The position numbers and the translations under genes are program-made. Positions 17,815 through 27,574 of a stretch of DNA of 40,077 nucleotides are shown here, in pieces. This stretch comes from Nitrosopumilus sp. D6 (GTDB taxonomy: Archaea; Thermoproteota; Nitrososphaeria; Nitrososphaerales; Nitrosopumilaceae): contig RHFD01000049.1 in assembly GCA_003724325.1 (NCBI GenBank), positions 1 through 40,077 of the forward strand, read 5' to 3'. The notes under the pieces are model-generated. The model ran no database searches. It had not been told where the DNA came from and was given only the letters and a program-made list of their open reading frames with translations. The number at the start of each line of letters is the position of its first letter. Positions within the stretch are counted from its first letter, which is position 1.

Positions 17815-18891
17815 ATGAACCAGATAAGCTTTGACGTAATGAATGCAAGAGTGACGTTCAAAAACGTTCCCCTCCACACACTCTCAAAGTTTGCATTCAA
17901 GGATGTGACTGCAGCATGCGAAGAGTTCAAAAAGATTCCTGCAGTTGACGAGTGCATAATAGTCCAGACTTCAGGCAGGGTCGAGATATTCATAGTGAGC
18001 AATGTGGATGCCTCTGACTCGCCTGATGCGCGAAGACCCGAGGGAAAGACTCTCGTACTAAGCCAGGTAAAAGACACGTGGATATCGCTCTCGTCTCTAG
18101 AGCAGGTAGATATTGACCACTTTGATCAGACGCTAGAGGTGTACAAGGGCGATGACGTATACATACATCTTTTGCGCCTAGCATCCGGGATTGACTCGTT
18201 TGTAATGGGCACGCAAGAGATCTCTGACCAGCTGGTCCGGTCCCTTGCGGGTGCAAAGGAGTCTGGCACATCAGGCAAAATAACAAACAAGCTCTTTGAG
18301 AGCGTGATCCGGCTGGCAACTAGGATGCGAGATACAATCGGCATTGCAGACAATGTCGTCTCGCTTGGAGACGTGGCAGTAAAGCTGGTAGATGAAAAGG
18401 CCGGGCTTGACTCTAAGAAAAAGGTCCTCCTCATCGGAACAGGCGAGCCTGCTGCCATGGTTGCAAAGACCCTGACACAAAAGGACATTGGCTTTGATGT
18501 TGCAAGCAGGACAATGGGGCGCGCAACCAGCTTTACGACGCTTCTTGGCGGCAGTCCGGTAGACTTTGAGGAGACACTTGCAGGCTTTGACAAGTATGAC
18601 ATTATCTTTGTGGCTACCACGTCGGACTATTTCCTGATAACATATGATCGGATAAGGCTGGTAATGGAGGAGAAGAAAAAAGGCACGCTTGTACTGGATC
18701 TGTCTGATCCCCGTACAGTTGACGAGGGAATAACGGCGCTTCCCGGAATAAAACTGCTGTTTCGCGACCAGATATACGAGATTTACGAGGAGAGCATAAA
18801 GGCAAGAGAAGGCATCGTACCTGCAGTAGAAAAGATAATTCAAAAAGAGCTTCCCATCCTGTCTGCAACGATGAACAGGCTTGACAGTTAG
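17815..18891 (+). CDS. Glutamyl-tRNA reductase (HemA)-like paralog lacking the catalytic Cys
   Basis: HemA layout (HLLRLASGIDS, VSLGDVAV, LIGTGE, DLSDPRTVD), but QTSGRVE replaces TCNR and the C-terminus is short. Confidence 0.85.
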   Translation: MNQISFDVMNARVTFKNVPLHTLSKFAFKDVTAACEEFKKIPAVDECIIVQTSGRVEIFIVSNVDASDSPDARRPEGKTLVLSQVKDTWISLSSLEQVDIDHFDQTLEVYKGDDVYIHLLRLASGIDSFVMGTQEISDQLVRSLAGAKESGTSGKITNKLFESVIRLATRMRDTIGIADNVVSLGDVAVKLVDEKAGLDSKKKVLLIGTGEPAAMVAKTLTQKDIGFDVASRTMGRATSFTTLLGGSPVDFEETLAGFDKYDIIFVATTSDYFLITYDRIRLVMEEKKKGTLVLDLSDPRTVDEGITALPGIKLLFRDQIYEIYEESIKAREGIVPAVEKIIQKELPILSATMNRLDS

Positions 18892-19052
18892 TTCTGCTTT
18901 CTTAGTATGAACTGCATTATGGCCTCCCTTGTATAGTCTATCCCGTGAACCTCTTCAGTATGCTTTTTAAAATCATCAATGACGCTCTCTACCTCTCCTT
19001 CTACCATAAAATCACACTCAAAGCCATAGTCGCGGCACTTGAGTTTTACCAT
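18888..19052 (-). CDS. DUF1059-family small metal-binding protein (54 aa, not in ORF track)
   Basis: MVKLKCRDYGFECDFMVEGEVESVIDDFKKHTEEVHGIDYTREAIMQFILRKQN*: C-x6-C...H-x4-HG; TATA (TTTTATAC, minus strand) at 19073-19080. Confidence 0.85.
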   Translation of the reverse strand: MVKLKCRDYGFECDFMVEGEVESVIDDFKKHTEEVHGIDYTREAIMQFILRKQN

Positions 19053-19095
19053 GTCTTGAGAATAGCGCCTTGGTATAAAAATCCAAAGGTGTGCT

Positions 19096-19938
19096 CTATC
19101 CGTACGACTCGAACTTTATTCCATAGCTGCCGTCGGGTTTTTTCTCGTGCTCTGTGACAAACCCCTTGGAGCCCAGATACTCAATGACCCCGTCAATGGT
19201 TCCCTGGTACCCGCAGATATACACAATGGTGTTCTCCGGGGTGAGCTCCTCTCCGACCATCTCCTCGACAGGTGACAGGCCTGTCTTTTTGTCCGGCTTG
19301 AAGAACGACTCGACTCTGCCCACGTGTCCGGACCAGGATCTGTTAAAGAATTCCTTTGGCCTGCTGATTGCAGCCCTGTATCTAAAGTTCCATTTGTCGC
19401 GCCCGGCACTCTCACTTTCAAGTTCCAGGTCAGTCAGCAGCCGCTTGTAGCTTAGCTCATCTACATAGCTTGCCCCGTGAAGCACTATCACCTCCCGCTT
19501 GTCGCCTATCTGATGAAAGTGGTTTGCAAACGCAATAAACGGGGCAAGACCCGTGCCGCCTCCAACACATATTACGCGCCTAGTGTCCTTTTTTCCATCA
19601 TGTAATGTGTTACTTATCTGCAAGGCGGCGCCCGTGGGTTCGCCAAGTGTCACCTCGTCTCCCACGCCTAGATAGAACAGCTCTGTAGTGACCCTGCCGG
19701 GAAGTGGCTTTCTGACCCACCTGATTACAAACTCAAAATAGTCGCGGTTCTCCGGGTGTGATGCAATCGAGTACGCCCTCCGCACGATCTTTTTTTCCGC
19801 GGGTATGGGCAGTCCTATTGTGAGAAACTGCCCCGTCTTGTACCCTGGCATCCCGCCTTTTGGAACCAGCCTAATAATTGCAAGATCCTCCTTTAACAGC
19901 TCTACATACGTGACCTTTGCACTTGTCTCTGCAACCAT
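19096..19938 (-). CDS. Ferredoxin--NADP(+) reductase
   Basis: GQFL, RRAYSIAS, GGTGLAPF, VYICG and C-terminal FESYG. Confidence 0.9.
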   Translation of the reverse strand: MVAETSAKVTYVELLKEDLAIIRLVPKGGMPGYKTGQFLTIGLPIPAEKKIVRRAYSIASHPENRDYFEFVIRWVRKPLPGRVTTELFYLGVGDEVTLGEPTGAALQISNTLHDGKKDTRRVICVGGGTGLAPFIAFANHFHQIGDKREVIVLHGASYVDELSYKRLLTDLELESESAGRDKWNFRYRAAISRPKEFFNRSWSGHVGRVESFFKPDKKTGLSPVEEMVGEELTPENTIVYICGYQGTIDGVIEYLGSKGFVTEHEKKPDGSYGIKFESYG

Positions 19939-19991
19939 GAATGTTTTTTTACAGCTTTGGATAAATATATTTCCCATGAACGGGGCGCAGT

Positions 19992-20786
19992 CTAGATGAT
20001 CCCGGAGACTACCTCGTCTAGTACCGTCCTGTTTGCCGCAGCTACAAAGGAGATCCTCGTCTCATAACTGAGATCCGCATCAAGCGGGTTCATGTGCTCG
20101 TCAAGTAACAGGCCGCCTGCCTCCCTTGCGATCAGGTATCCGGCAGCTATGTCCTGGATTCTTATCTTGCCGCGTATGTCTACAAGGACGTCTACAAGCC
20201 CCCTTGCAAACATGGCCATCTCGAGCGCGTTTGCCCCAAAGTGCCGGGCGTGGTTGTTCTCAAGGATTGGCTGCAGTCTTTTTACCAGCTCCATGCCTGC
20301 GCCCGATGTGTTGACGCCGACTATCCTGTATACGGGCTTTTTATCATGCACGCTTATCTTCTTGCCCTCGTAAAACGCCCCGCCGCCGCTTGCAGCATGG
20401 TAGGACTGGCCCCCGGACAGGTCTGTTATGACCCCTGCCGTGACAGAGCTGAGTCTCTCCCCTTCTGCAAATGCAAGCGAGCTGCAAAAAAACGGCACGC
20501 CGCGCACGGCATTGGCAGAGCCGTCAATTGCATCCATGATCACATATCCCCTGGGATTCTCGGAGAGCTCGACTCTTCCACACTCTTCTCCTAGTACTGT
20601 ACACTCAAACCCTGTCTCCTTTAGATAGTCAAGTACTGTCTTTTCTGCAACAATGTCAATGTTTCTGGAAATATCCCCGCCTGCGCCGCGGCCAAAGTCG
20701 CCTGCCGCAAGCTCTGTTCCTGCAAGATCCCGTACATTCTCGTATATTCTGCGCGATGCCTCGCAGAGTATCTCTAGGGCATCCAT
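19992..20786 (-). CDS. Inositol monophosphatase/fructose-1,6-bisphosphatase family protein
   Basis: LGEECG, MDAIDGSANA, FGANALE, DIAAGYLIAREAGG. Confidence 0.9.
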   Translation of the reverse strand: MDALEILCEASRRIYENVRDLAGTELAAGDFGRGAGGDISRNIDIVAEKTVLDYLKETGFECTVLGEECGRVELSENPRGYVIMDAIDGSANAVRGVPFFCSSLAFAEGERLSSVTAGVITDLSGGQSYHAASGGGAFYEGKKISVHDKKPVYRIVGVNTSGAGMELVKRLQPILENNHARHFGANALEMAMFARGLVDVLVDIRGKIRIQDIAAGYLIAREAGGLLLDEHMNPLDADLSYETRISFVAAANRTVLDEVVSGII

Positions 20787-20873
20787 GCCCGGAATCTACC
20801 ATCTCGTAATTTAAGTGAAGAAAGATAGCGCGCGACCCGACATTTTAAATAATAACGTGCGGGTCTGTTGTGT

Positions 20874-21998
20874 GTGAGCGGCAAGGACAAGTCAGTTACA
20901 GGCAAGGGGGCGCTAATGACTACAAAGCCGGGCAAGCAGATACTGATGCAGGGACTCTCAAAGTCAAAGGGATTCCGCATGTTTACAAGATACAAAGAAG
21001 AGGCAGAAGCAGGCTTTGCAGACTTTGCGCTCCGCTTTACGCGCGGCCTGCTAGATGAGATACGCTCTGATGTAAACCCGGGATCGACGCAGCAAAAGTT
21101 TGGAGACGAGGTCGGCTCGGCAGAGATGATACTTGGGAGCTCGGAGATCGAGGCCGTAAGATCCCGGCTTGAGAGCCCCGATGTTCTAGGAGACAGGGTC
21201 ATGCGCATACTTGATTCAAACTTTGTAAAGATGACATTTCCCGTATTCAACGCCCTCTTTGACGGGGCCGCAGAGCACGCAGAAAGAAGTGATCCCGGGC
21301 TGAGGCAGGACATGGTAGAGGGGCACATACTGGCAATAGATCTCAGCGAGCCGATGGACCGCATCATAGACCGGGACGAGGATCTCGAATTTCTTGATGA
21401 CTATAAACTGATGAACCCGTACATACTGAAAATGGCCCGCGAAAAGATCTCACGCGGCGGCGAGCGGGTGCTGGCAGAATTTGAGGCAGGGTTTTGTGAT
21501 GCACGGACAGGCCAGGATCTAGACGAGGCGCTAAAGTCGCGTCCTGAAGAGATAACAGAAGAGGAGATGATCACATCGTACAAGAAATACAGGGCAGTAA
21601 TGGGCACGGCAGGGCGCAACATGGCACTAGCAGAGCGCCCGCTTGGCGAGATATTTTACACCGGCATGGCAAAGGCAGCAGAGGGCGTCGGGTGCGGAAA
21701 CGAGATAGAGGACTCGATAAAAGGCGGCCTGGTAAAGATACCGTCGTGGCCACTCTACTATTCCCTGCTGTCCGGTGATGTGAGGCGCGGCTTTGATCTT
21801 GCCCTTGAAAAAAGCAGCATTTACTTGCGCGATGCCAGACTTACACTAGACATGCTGCCAGACGGCTTTTCACACAGGGAGTTTTTGGATTTTTTATTTC
21901 TTACCGTAGAGCACTATAACCAGTACTGGTATAATCAGCTCCAAAAGGCCGGGATGTGGTCAAAGTTAGAGTCCGGGCTTCCGGGTGCAAAAAATTGA
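20874..21998 (+). CDS. Conserved hypothetical all-alpha protein with isoprenoid-synthase-like motifs
   Basis: Long ORF, likely GTG start after TTTTAAAT; stop overlaps the rfcL start; motifs DRIIDRD, GQDLD, GNEIED. Confidence 0.8.
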   Translation: MSGKDKSVTGKGALMTTKPGKQILMQGLSKSKGFRMFTRYKEEAEAGFADFALRFTRGLLDEIRSDVNPGSTQQKFGDEVGSAEMILGSSEIEAVRSRLESPDVLGDRVMRILDSNFVKMTFPVFNALFDGAAEHAERSDPGLRQDMVEGHILAIDLSEPMDRIIDRDEDLEFLDDYKLMNPYILKMAREKISRGGERVLAEFEAGFCDARTGQDLDEALKSRPEEITEEEMITSYKKYRAVMGTAGRNMALAERPLGEIFYTGMAKAAEGVGCGNEIEDSIKGGLVKIPSWPLYYSLLSGDVRRGFDLALEKSSIYLRDARLTLDMLPDGFSHREFLDFLFLTVEHYNQYWYNQLQKAGMWSKLESGLPGAKN

Positions 21999-23143
21999 TG
22001 TGGTCAGAGCGGCACAGGCCGAAGTCTATATCTGAGATGGTGGGAAACGAGGAGGAGCGCGCAGCAGTCCTTGAATGGCTTGCAAAGTGGAAAAAGGGGA
22101 CAAAACCACTGCTTCTTGTGGGGCCTCCGGGAATAGGCAAGACCACCATGGCATACCTGCTTGCAAAGCAGCTAAAGTATGACATGATAGGACTCAACGC
22201 AAGTGATGCAAGAAGCAAGTCAAGAATCAACGAGGTACTAGCACCGGTACTTGGCAACGTGAGTGTCCTTGGCTCCCCCATGATATTTGTAGACGAGGTG
22301 GACGGGATTCACGGCAGAAGCGACTTTGGAGGCGCAGCGGCGCTAGTGGAGATTCTCAAAGAGCCTACCGTGCCGATAATCCTTGCTGCAAATGACGACT
22401 CGCATGATAAGATGAAGGCGATCAAAAAGGCCACCAAGATGGTGCGCTTTAGGAGGATTCCGCCGCGCCTGCTGCGCGTATACCTAGAGGATGTGCTCAA
22501 AAAAGAGACGGCATCCCTGAGTCCGGGCACGCTAATCTTGGTGGTAGAAAAATCGCGCGGAGACATCCGGTCGATGATCAACTTGGCGCAGTCGCTAGTA
22601 ACGGGATTCAACCCGCAGACAGATGCGTCATTTGAGAGTATCAACGTGGAGGATGGCATAAACGCATTCTTCAAGGCAAAGTCTGCAGAGGAGGCAAGAG
22701 GTGTGTTATACTCGATGCAAATTGATCCGCGCGAAAAGATCAACGCGTTTTATTCAAGTATTATAACATCAGATCTTGATGCAAAGTCCCTTGCAGCATA
22801 TCTAGAGGTTGTCTCGAGGGCAGACATGCTGTACGGGAGGATACGGCGCACACAAAACTGGCGCCTGCTGCGCTACCTCAATGATACGCTGATGGGCCTG
22901 TATAGAAACGACGAAAAGATACGCTACTCACAGTACAACCTGTCGTGGCCGCTGCTCAACAGGATACGCTGGGACGGGGCAAAGATAAGGGCCCTATCCT
23001 CTGCAATGTCTGCCCGGCTGCACGTCTCACCGAGTTTTTTTGTAACATCGTGTCTCCCATACATGTTACAGTGTATAAAAAACAAGTCACTAGAACCAGA
23101 CGATGAGTTTGCCGAAGTCCTGGCAAAGGAGGCAGGGGTATGA
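21998..23143 (+). CDS. rfcL: Replication factor C large subunit
   Basis: WSERHRPKS, GPPGIGKTT Walker A, LNASDAR, VDEVDG Walker B, GDIRSMIN. Confidence 0.9.
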   Translation: MWSERHRPKSISEMVGNEEERAAVLEWLAKWKKGTKPLLLVGPPGIGKTTMAYLLAKQLKYDMIGLNASDARSKSRINEVLAPVLGNVSVLGSPMIFVDEVDGIHGRSDFGGAAALVEILKEPTVPIILAANDDSHDKMKAIKKATKMVRFRRIPPRLLRVYLEDVLKKETASLSPGTLILVVEKSRGDIRSMINLAQSLVTGFNPQTDASFESINVEDGINAFFKAKSAEEARGVLYSMQIDPREKINAFYSSIITSDLDAKSLAAYLEVVSRADMLYGRIRRTQNWRLLRYLNDTLMGLYRNDEKIRYSQYNLSWPLLNRIRWDGAKIRALSSAMSARLHVSPSFFVTSCLPYMLQCIKNKSLEPDDEFAEVLAKEAGV

Positions 23144-23451
23144 GCTGGAAAAAGATTCCCATGAGGTTTCCCGGCACGTGTACTGTCTGTGGTCAAAAGA
23201 TAGATGTCGGACAGTTGGGCCTGTGGGCAAAGGGGATGGGGGTAAAGCACGAGGAGTGCGCCAGAGTCGATGAGCTTGCCTGCTCTGTCTGCGGGGGGCC
23301 TGCCGGATGCAGGCAGTGCGAGTTTTCAGACATTTGCGACATACCAAACGTCTCCCAGCTGTGTATCTGCAAAAAATGCAGCGAGACAGGCGGCGCGCTT
23401 GACTCGTACCACAAAAACTCGCTCAAAAAGTTCCCACTGCTCAACTCGTGA
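23140..23451 (+). CDS. Cys-rich zinc-finger hypothetical protein
   Basis: CTVC...HEEC, CSVC, CRQC, CICKKC; ATGA overlap with rfcL. Confidence 0.8.
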   Translation: MSWKKIPMRFPGTCTVCGQKIDVGQLGLWAKGMGVKHEECARVDELACSVCGGPAGCRQCEFSDICDIPNVSQLCICKKCSETGGALDSYHKNSLKKFPLLNS

Positions 23452-23504
23452 GTATCTGCGATCAAATTAAATTAATATATGATTCAATAATGCCCTAGAT
23501 CGCC

Positions 23505-25015
23505 ATGCATTCTAAAAAAATAGACGAGCATACAAAAAAGCACGGCACGGCGCTGCTTGGAGGGGGCCAGGACAGGATCAAGGCCCAGCATGAAAAAGGC
23601 AAGCTGACTGCCAGGGAGAGAATAGGCCTCTTGCTTGACGAGGGTACCTTTACGGAGATTGACCCGCTTGCGACACATCACTACCACGAGTACGACATGC
23701 AAAAAAAGAAGTTCTTCACCGACGGGGTAGTCGGCGGATACGGGACCGTACGCGGAAGGCAGGTGTTTGTGTTTGCATACGACTTTACTGTTCTCGGGGG
23801 AACGCTAAGCCGGATGGGATCAAAAAAGATTACAAAGCTGATGAGGCACGCAGTAAAGACGGGATGCCCGATTATTGGCATCATGGACTCTGGCGGCGCG
23901 AGGATACAAGAGGGAATAATGAGTCTTGATGGATTTGCAGACATATTCTACCACAACCAGATGGCCTCTGGTGTGGTGCCGCAGATTACTGCAAGTATTG
24001 GACCGTCTGCAGGCGGTTCTGTATACTCGCCTGCAATGACTGACTTTGTGATCATGGTTGAAAAGGTGGGAACCATGTTTGTGACCGGACCTGACGTGGT
24101 AAAGACCGTGCTAGGTGAGGAGATATCTTTTGATGAGCTTGGTGGCGCCATGACACACGGCTCCAAGAGCGGCGTGGCTCACTTTGTGGCGCAAAACGAG
24201 TACGAGTGCATGGACTATATCAAGGAACTACTCTCATTTATGCCGCAGAACAACTCGCAAGAGCCCCCGGTCAATTCAAATGACGACGATCCAAACAGGC
24301 TTGATCACGGCCTGATAAATATACTTCCTGAAAACGCGCAAGAACCCTACGACATGAAGGAGATAATTACCTCGATAGTAGACAACCACAAGTTCTTCGA
24401 GGTGCACAAGCTGTTTGCGCCAAACATCATTGTAGGCTATGCGCGGATGAACGGGCAGGCAGTAGGAATCGTTGCAAACAACCCGATGCATCTTGCAGGC
24501 GCACTAGACATCGACTCTTCAAACAAGGCGGCCCGCTTTATCAGGTTTAATGACTCTTTTAACATACCAATAATCACGCTAGTTGACACCCCCGGATACA
24601 TGCCGGGATCACACCAAGAGCACAATGGAATCATCAGACACGGAAGCAAGCTGCTCTATGCGTACTGTGAGGCGACTGTACCCCGGATCACGCTAGTATT
24701 GGGCAAGGCATACGGGGGCGCATACATTGCAATGGGCAGCAAGAATCTCAGGACTGACATCAACTATGCCTGGCCCACTGCAAGGTGCGCAGTCCTCGGA
24801 GGCGAGGCAGCAGTCAATATAATGTATAGAAAAGACCTTGCATCCTCAGATGACCCCGAATCGCTCAAAAAACAGCTGTGGCAGCCTCCCACGGGACAGT
24901 AGATAATGTAATTGATCCGGCAGAGACTAGGCCCATGCTGATAAAGGCGCTCTTAATGCTTGCAGGCAAGCGGGAAAAACAGATATCTAGAAAGCATGGA
25001 AACATCAACCTGTGA
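23505..25015 (+). pseudogene. Acetyl/propionyl-CoA carboxylase carboxyltransferase subunit, frameshifted at ~24878 (lesion or assembly error)
   Basis: DSGGARIQEG, VDTPGY, KAYGGAY. Frame stops at 24902; the conserved tail VAASHGTVDNVIDPAETR...KHGNINL* is in another frame (24878-25015). Confidence 0.9.
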
Positions 25016-25021
25016 TGAATA

Positions 25022-26491
25022 ATGATTGAAAAGGTGCTGATTGCAAACAGGGGGGAGATAGCACTACGTGTGATCCGGACGTGCAGGGCGCTTGGAATCA
25101 AGACCGTAGCAGTATACTCTGATGAGGATGCAAACTCGCTGCACGTAAAACAGGCGACCGAGTCGTATCACATCGGTGAGGCGGCGCCTGCAAAGTCGTA
25201 TCTCAACCAGGAAAAAATACTAGAGGTAATGCTCTCCTCTGGCGCAGACGCAATACATCCGGGGTACGGCTTTCTCTCAGAAAACGACGACTTTGCAAGG
25301 CTGTGCGAAAAAAACAAGATTAACTTTATCGGACCGTCTGCAGACTCGATGAACCTGTGCGGTGATAAGATGAAGTGCAAGGCTGCAATGCTAAAGGCAG
25401 GTGTTCCGACTGTCCCGGGAAGCCCCGGACTGGTAAAAGATGCAAAAGATGCAGCGCGTATTGCAAACGACATTGGGTATCCGGTAATGCTAAAGTCCGT
25501 GTACGGGGGAGGCGGACGCGGAATAAGAATTGTAAACAACGACAAGGAGCTCCACGGAGGATACGAGTCAGTCACAGGCGAGTCCATTGCAGCAGTGGGC
25601 AAGTCAGCCATACTGGTAGAAAAGTTTCTTGAAAAGACGCGCCACATCGAGTATCAAATGGCGCGCGACATGCACGGAAACACGGTGCACATTTTTGAGA
25701 GAGAGTGCTCTATTCAGAGGCGCAATCAAAAACTCATAGAGCAGACGCCATCACCGGTAGTTGATGAGGAGACGCGGGCCAGGATTGGTCAGCTAGTCTG
25801 CAATGCAGCAGATGCCGTAGATTATACCAATCTGGGGACTGCCGAGTTTCTGCGCGCAGACAATGGAGAGTTTTACTTTATCGAGATTAATGCGAGGCTG
25901 CAAGTAGAGCATCCAATAACAGAGTATGTGTCAGGACTTGACCTGGTAAAGCTGCAAATTGACATTGCAAACGGGGAGCCGATGCCATTCCGGCAGGAGG
26001 ATCTGAGGATGAACGGGTATGCAATAGAGTGCCGCATCAACGCAGAGGATACGTTTTTGGACTTTGCGCCCTCTACGGGACCCGTGCCTGATGTGAACAT
26101 ACCTGCAGGCCCCGGGGTCAGATGCGACACGTATCTGTATCCGGGGTGTACGGTTTCGCCGTTTTATGACTCGCTGATGGCAAAACTTGTGACGTGGGGC
26201 CAGACATTTGAAGAGTCGCGCTCTAGAATGCTTGCTGCCCTAGATGACTTTTACATACAGGGTGTAGAGACGTCAATTCCCCTCTACAAGACGATACTTG
26301 GCTCTAAAGAGTACAAGAACGGAAACCTCTCGACTGACTTTCTCAAGAGATATGGCATGGTAGACCGGCTTGCAGAAGATCTGAAAAAAGAAAAAGAACT
26401 AAAGGCCGAGGCGGCAGTGGCTGCCGCCATGGCATATTCAGAGTACTTTAAGAGCCGCGTGCAGGGCGCAGGCCAGGGGTGGAAGAGATGA
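25022..26491 (+). CDS. accC: Acetyl/propionyl-CoA carboxylase biotin carboxylase subunit
   Basis: LIANRGEIALR, HPGYGFLSEN, GGGGRGIR, ERECSIQRRNQK, RLQVEHP. Confidence 0.95.
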   Translation: MIEKVLIANRGEIALRVIRTCRALGIKTVAVYSDEDANSLHVKQATESYHIGEAAPAKSYLNQEKILEVMLSSGADAIHPGYGFLSENDDFARLCEKNKINFIGPSADSMNLCGDKMKCKAAMLKAGVPTVPGSPGLVKDAKDAARIANDIGYPVMLKSVYGGGGRGIRIVNNDKELHGGYESVTGESIAAVGKSAILVEKFLEKTRHIEYQMARDMHGNTVHIFERECSIQRRNQKLIEQTPSPVVDEETRARIGQLVCNAADAVDYTNLGTAEFLRADNGEFYFIEINARLQVEHPITEYVSGLDLVKLQIDIANGEPMPFRQEDLRMNGYAIECRINAEDTFLDFAPSTGPVPDVNIPAGPGVRCDTYLYPGCTVSPFYDSLMAKLVTWGQTFEESRSRMLAALDDFYIQGVETSIPLYKTILGSKEYKNGNLSTDFLKRYGMVDRLAEDLKKEKELKAEAAVAAAMAYSEYFKSRVQGAGQGWKR

Positions 26492-27000
26492 ACTACAAGA
26501 TACAGGATGTTAAAAAGTCATTTGACGGGGTGATAACTAGAAACCTGGGAGGCGGCGAGTTTATCATTCGGATAAATGATGCAGAGCACAATCTCAAGAT
26601 ACTGGAAATGTCCACAAAGGGAATCGAGTTCATACTGGATCAAAGATATCATCGTGCAAGATATCTGGAGAATTCTACAAGCGAGATGAGTATTGTAATT
26701 GACAACGTACCTGTTACTATTAACATGCACACACACTTTGATGATATAGTGTACAAAAACTCTGGAGGCGGGGGCGCCGTAAATGCGCAGACCTCGCTAA
26801 AGAGTCAGATTCCCGGCAAGGTAGTCTCTGTAACGGTATCTGAGGGTGACTCTGTCAAAAAGGGGGACGTTGTATGCACGCTTGAATCAATGAAGATGCA
26901 GGTAACAGTAAAGGCGCACAAGGACGGAACTGCAACGTCAGTTATAGTCAAAGAGGGAGACACTGTGGCAAAGGGCGACTTGATTGCAGAGATTAAATAA
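26488..27000 (+). CDS. accB: Biotin carboxyl carrier protein
   Basis: ESMKM biotinylation motif; ATGA overlap with accC. Confidence 0.92.
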   Translation: MNYKIQDVKKSFDGVITRNLGGGEFIIRINDAEHNLKILEMSTKGIEFILDQRYHRARYLENSTSEMSIVIDNVPVTINMHTHFDDIVYKNSGGGGAVNAQTSLKSQIPGKVVSVTVSEGDSVKKGDVVCTLESMKMQVTVKAHKDGTATSVIVKEGDTVAKGDLIAEIK

Positions 27001-27462
27001 CTATTTCAGGAATTTTTTTATCTCGTCATAGTCTGGCTCTACAAGCGGATCATCAGAGACCCATCTGTATGCTATCTTGCCGTCCTGATTAATTATAAAG
27101 ACAGAGCGCTTTGCGGCATTGTAGTCTTTTATGTGCAGCAAGTCCTTCATCAGCACGCCATAGTCGCGTATGGTACTGCTGGTATAGTCGCCTAGCAGTG
27201 GAAATTTAAAGCCGTTTTTTTCTGCAAACGCCTTGTTTGCAAACGGGCCGTCATTGCTTATTGCCACCACCTGTGCGCCAAGCTCTGAGATCTCCTGCCA
27301 CGAGTCCCGGAACCGGCACAGCTCCGTCTCGCAGACAGGCGAGCTTGCAGCCACTATAAACGTGAGGACTATTTTTTTGCCGCCAAATTCGCCGAGGGTA
27401 CGCATCTTCAGCTCTGTGTCTGGAAGCTCAAATCCGGGAGCCATTTCTCCTATTTGCACCAT
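27001..27462 (-). CDS. Peroxiredoxin (BCP/PrxQ-like)
   Basis: IGEMAPGFEL, SPVCETELC, FPLLGD, KRSVFII. Confidence 0.88.
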   Translation of the reverse strand: MVQIGEMAPGFELPDTELKMRTLGEFGGKKIVLTFIVAASSPVCETELCRFRDSWQEISELGAQVVAISNDGPFANKAFAEKNGFKFPLLGDYTSSTIRDYGVLMKDLLHIKDYNAAKRSVFIINQDGKIAYRWVSDDPLVEPDYDEIKKFLK

Positions 27463-27542
27463 GTCTGCCCTGAGGTGTAATACTATTAAGCCGTTTTCAA
27501 ATACAGTCATTTTGAAAATCTGATCGAAAAAATGGCAATACC

Positions 27543-27554
27543 TTTTTATACAAA
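27543..27554 (+). promoter_or_regulatory. TATA box of nuoA (TTTTTATACAAA)
   Basis: Starts 32 nt upstream of the nuoA start; the identical 12-mer recurs before nuoB. Confidence 0.55.
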
Positions 27555-27574
27555 AATCCGGTCAGAAAGCTAAA

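Noticed and set aside
18945-19157. 70-aa plus-strand ORF
   Set aside because: Antisense to the DUF1059 gene and the FNR 3' end.
24867-24872. Programmed -1 frameshift as the sole explanation of the carboxyltransferase break
   Set aside because: The heptamer phasing is not canonical and the NPY-containing segment is missing in all frames, so a deletion is required.
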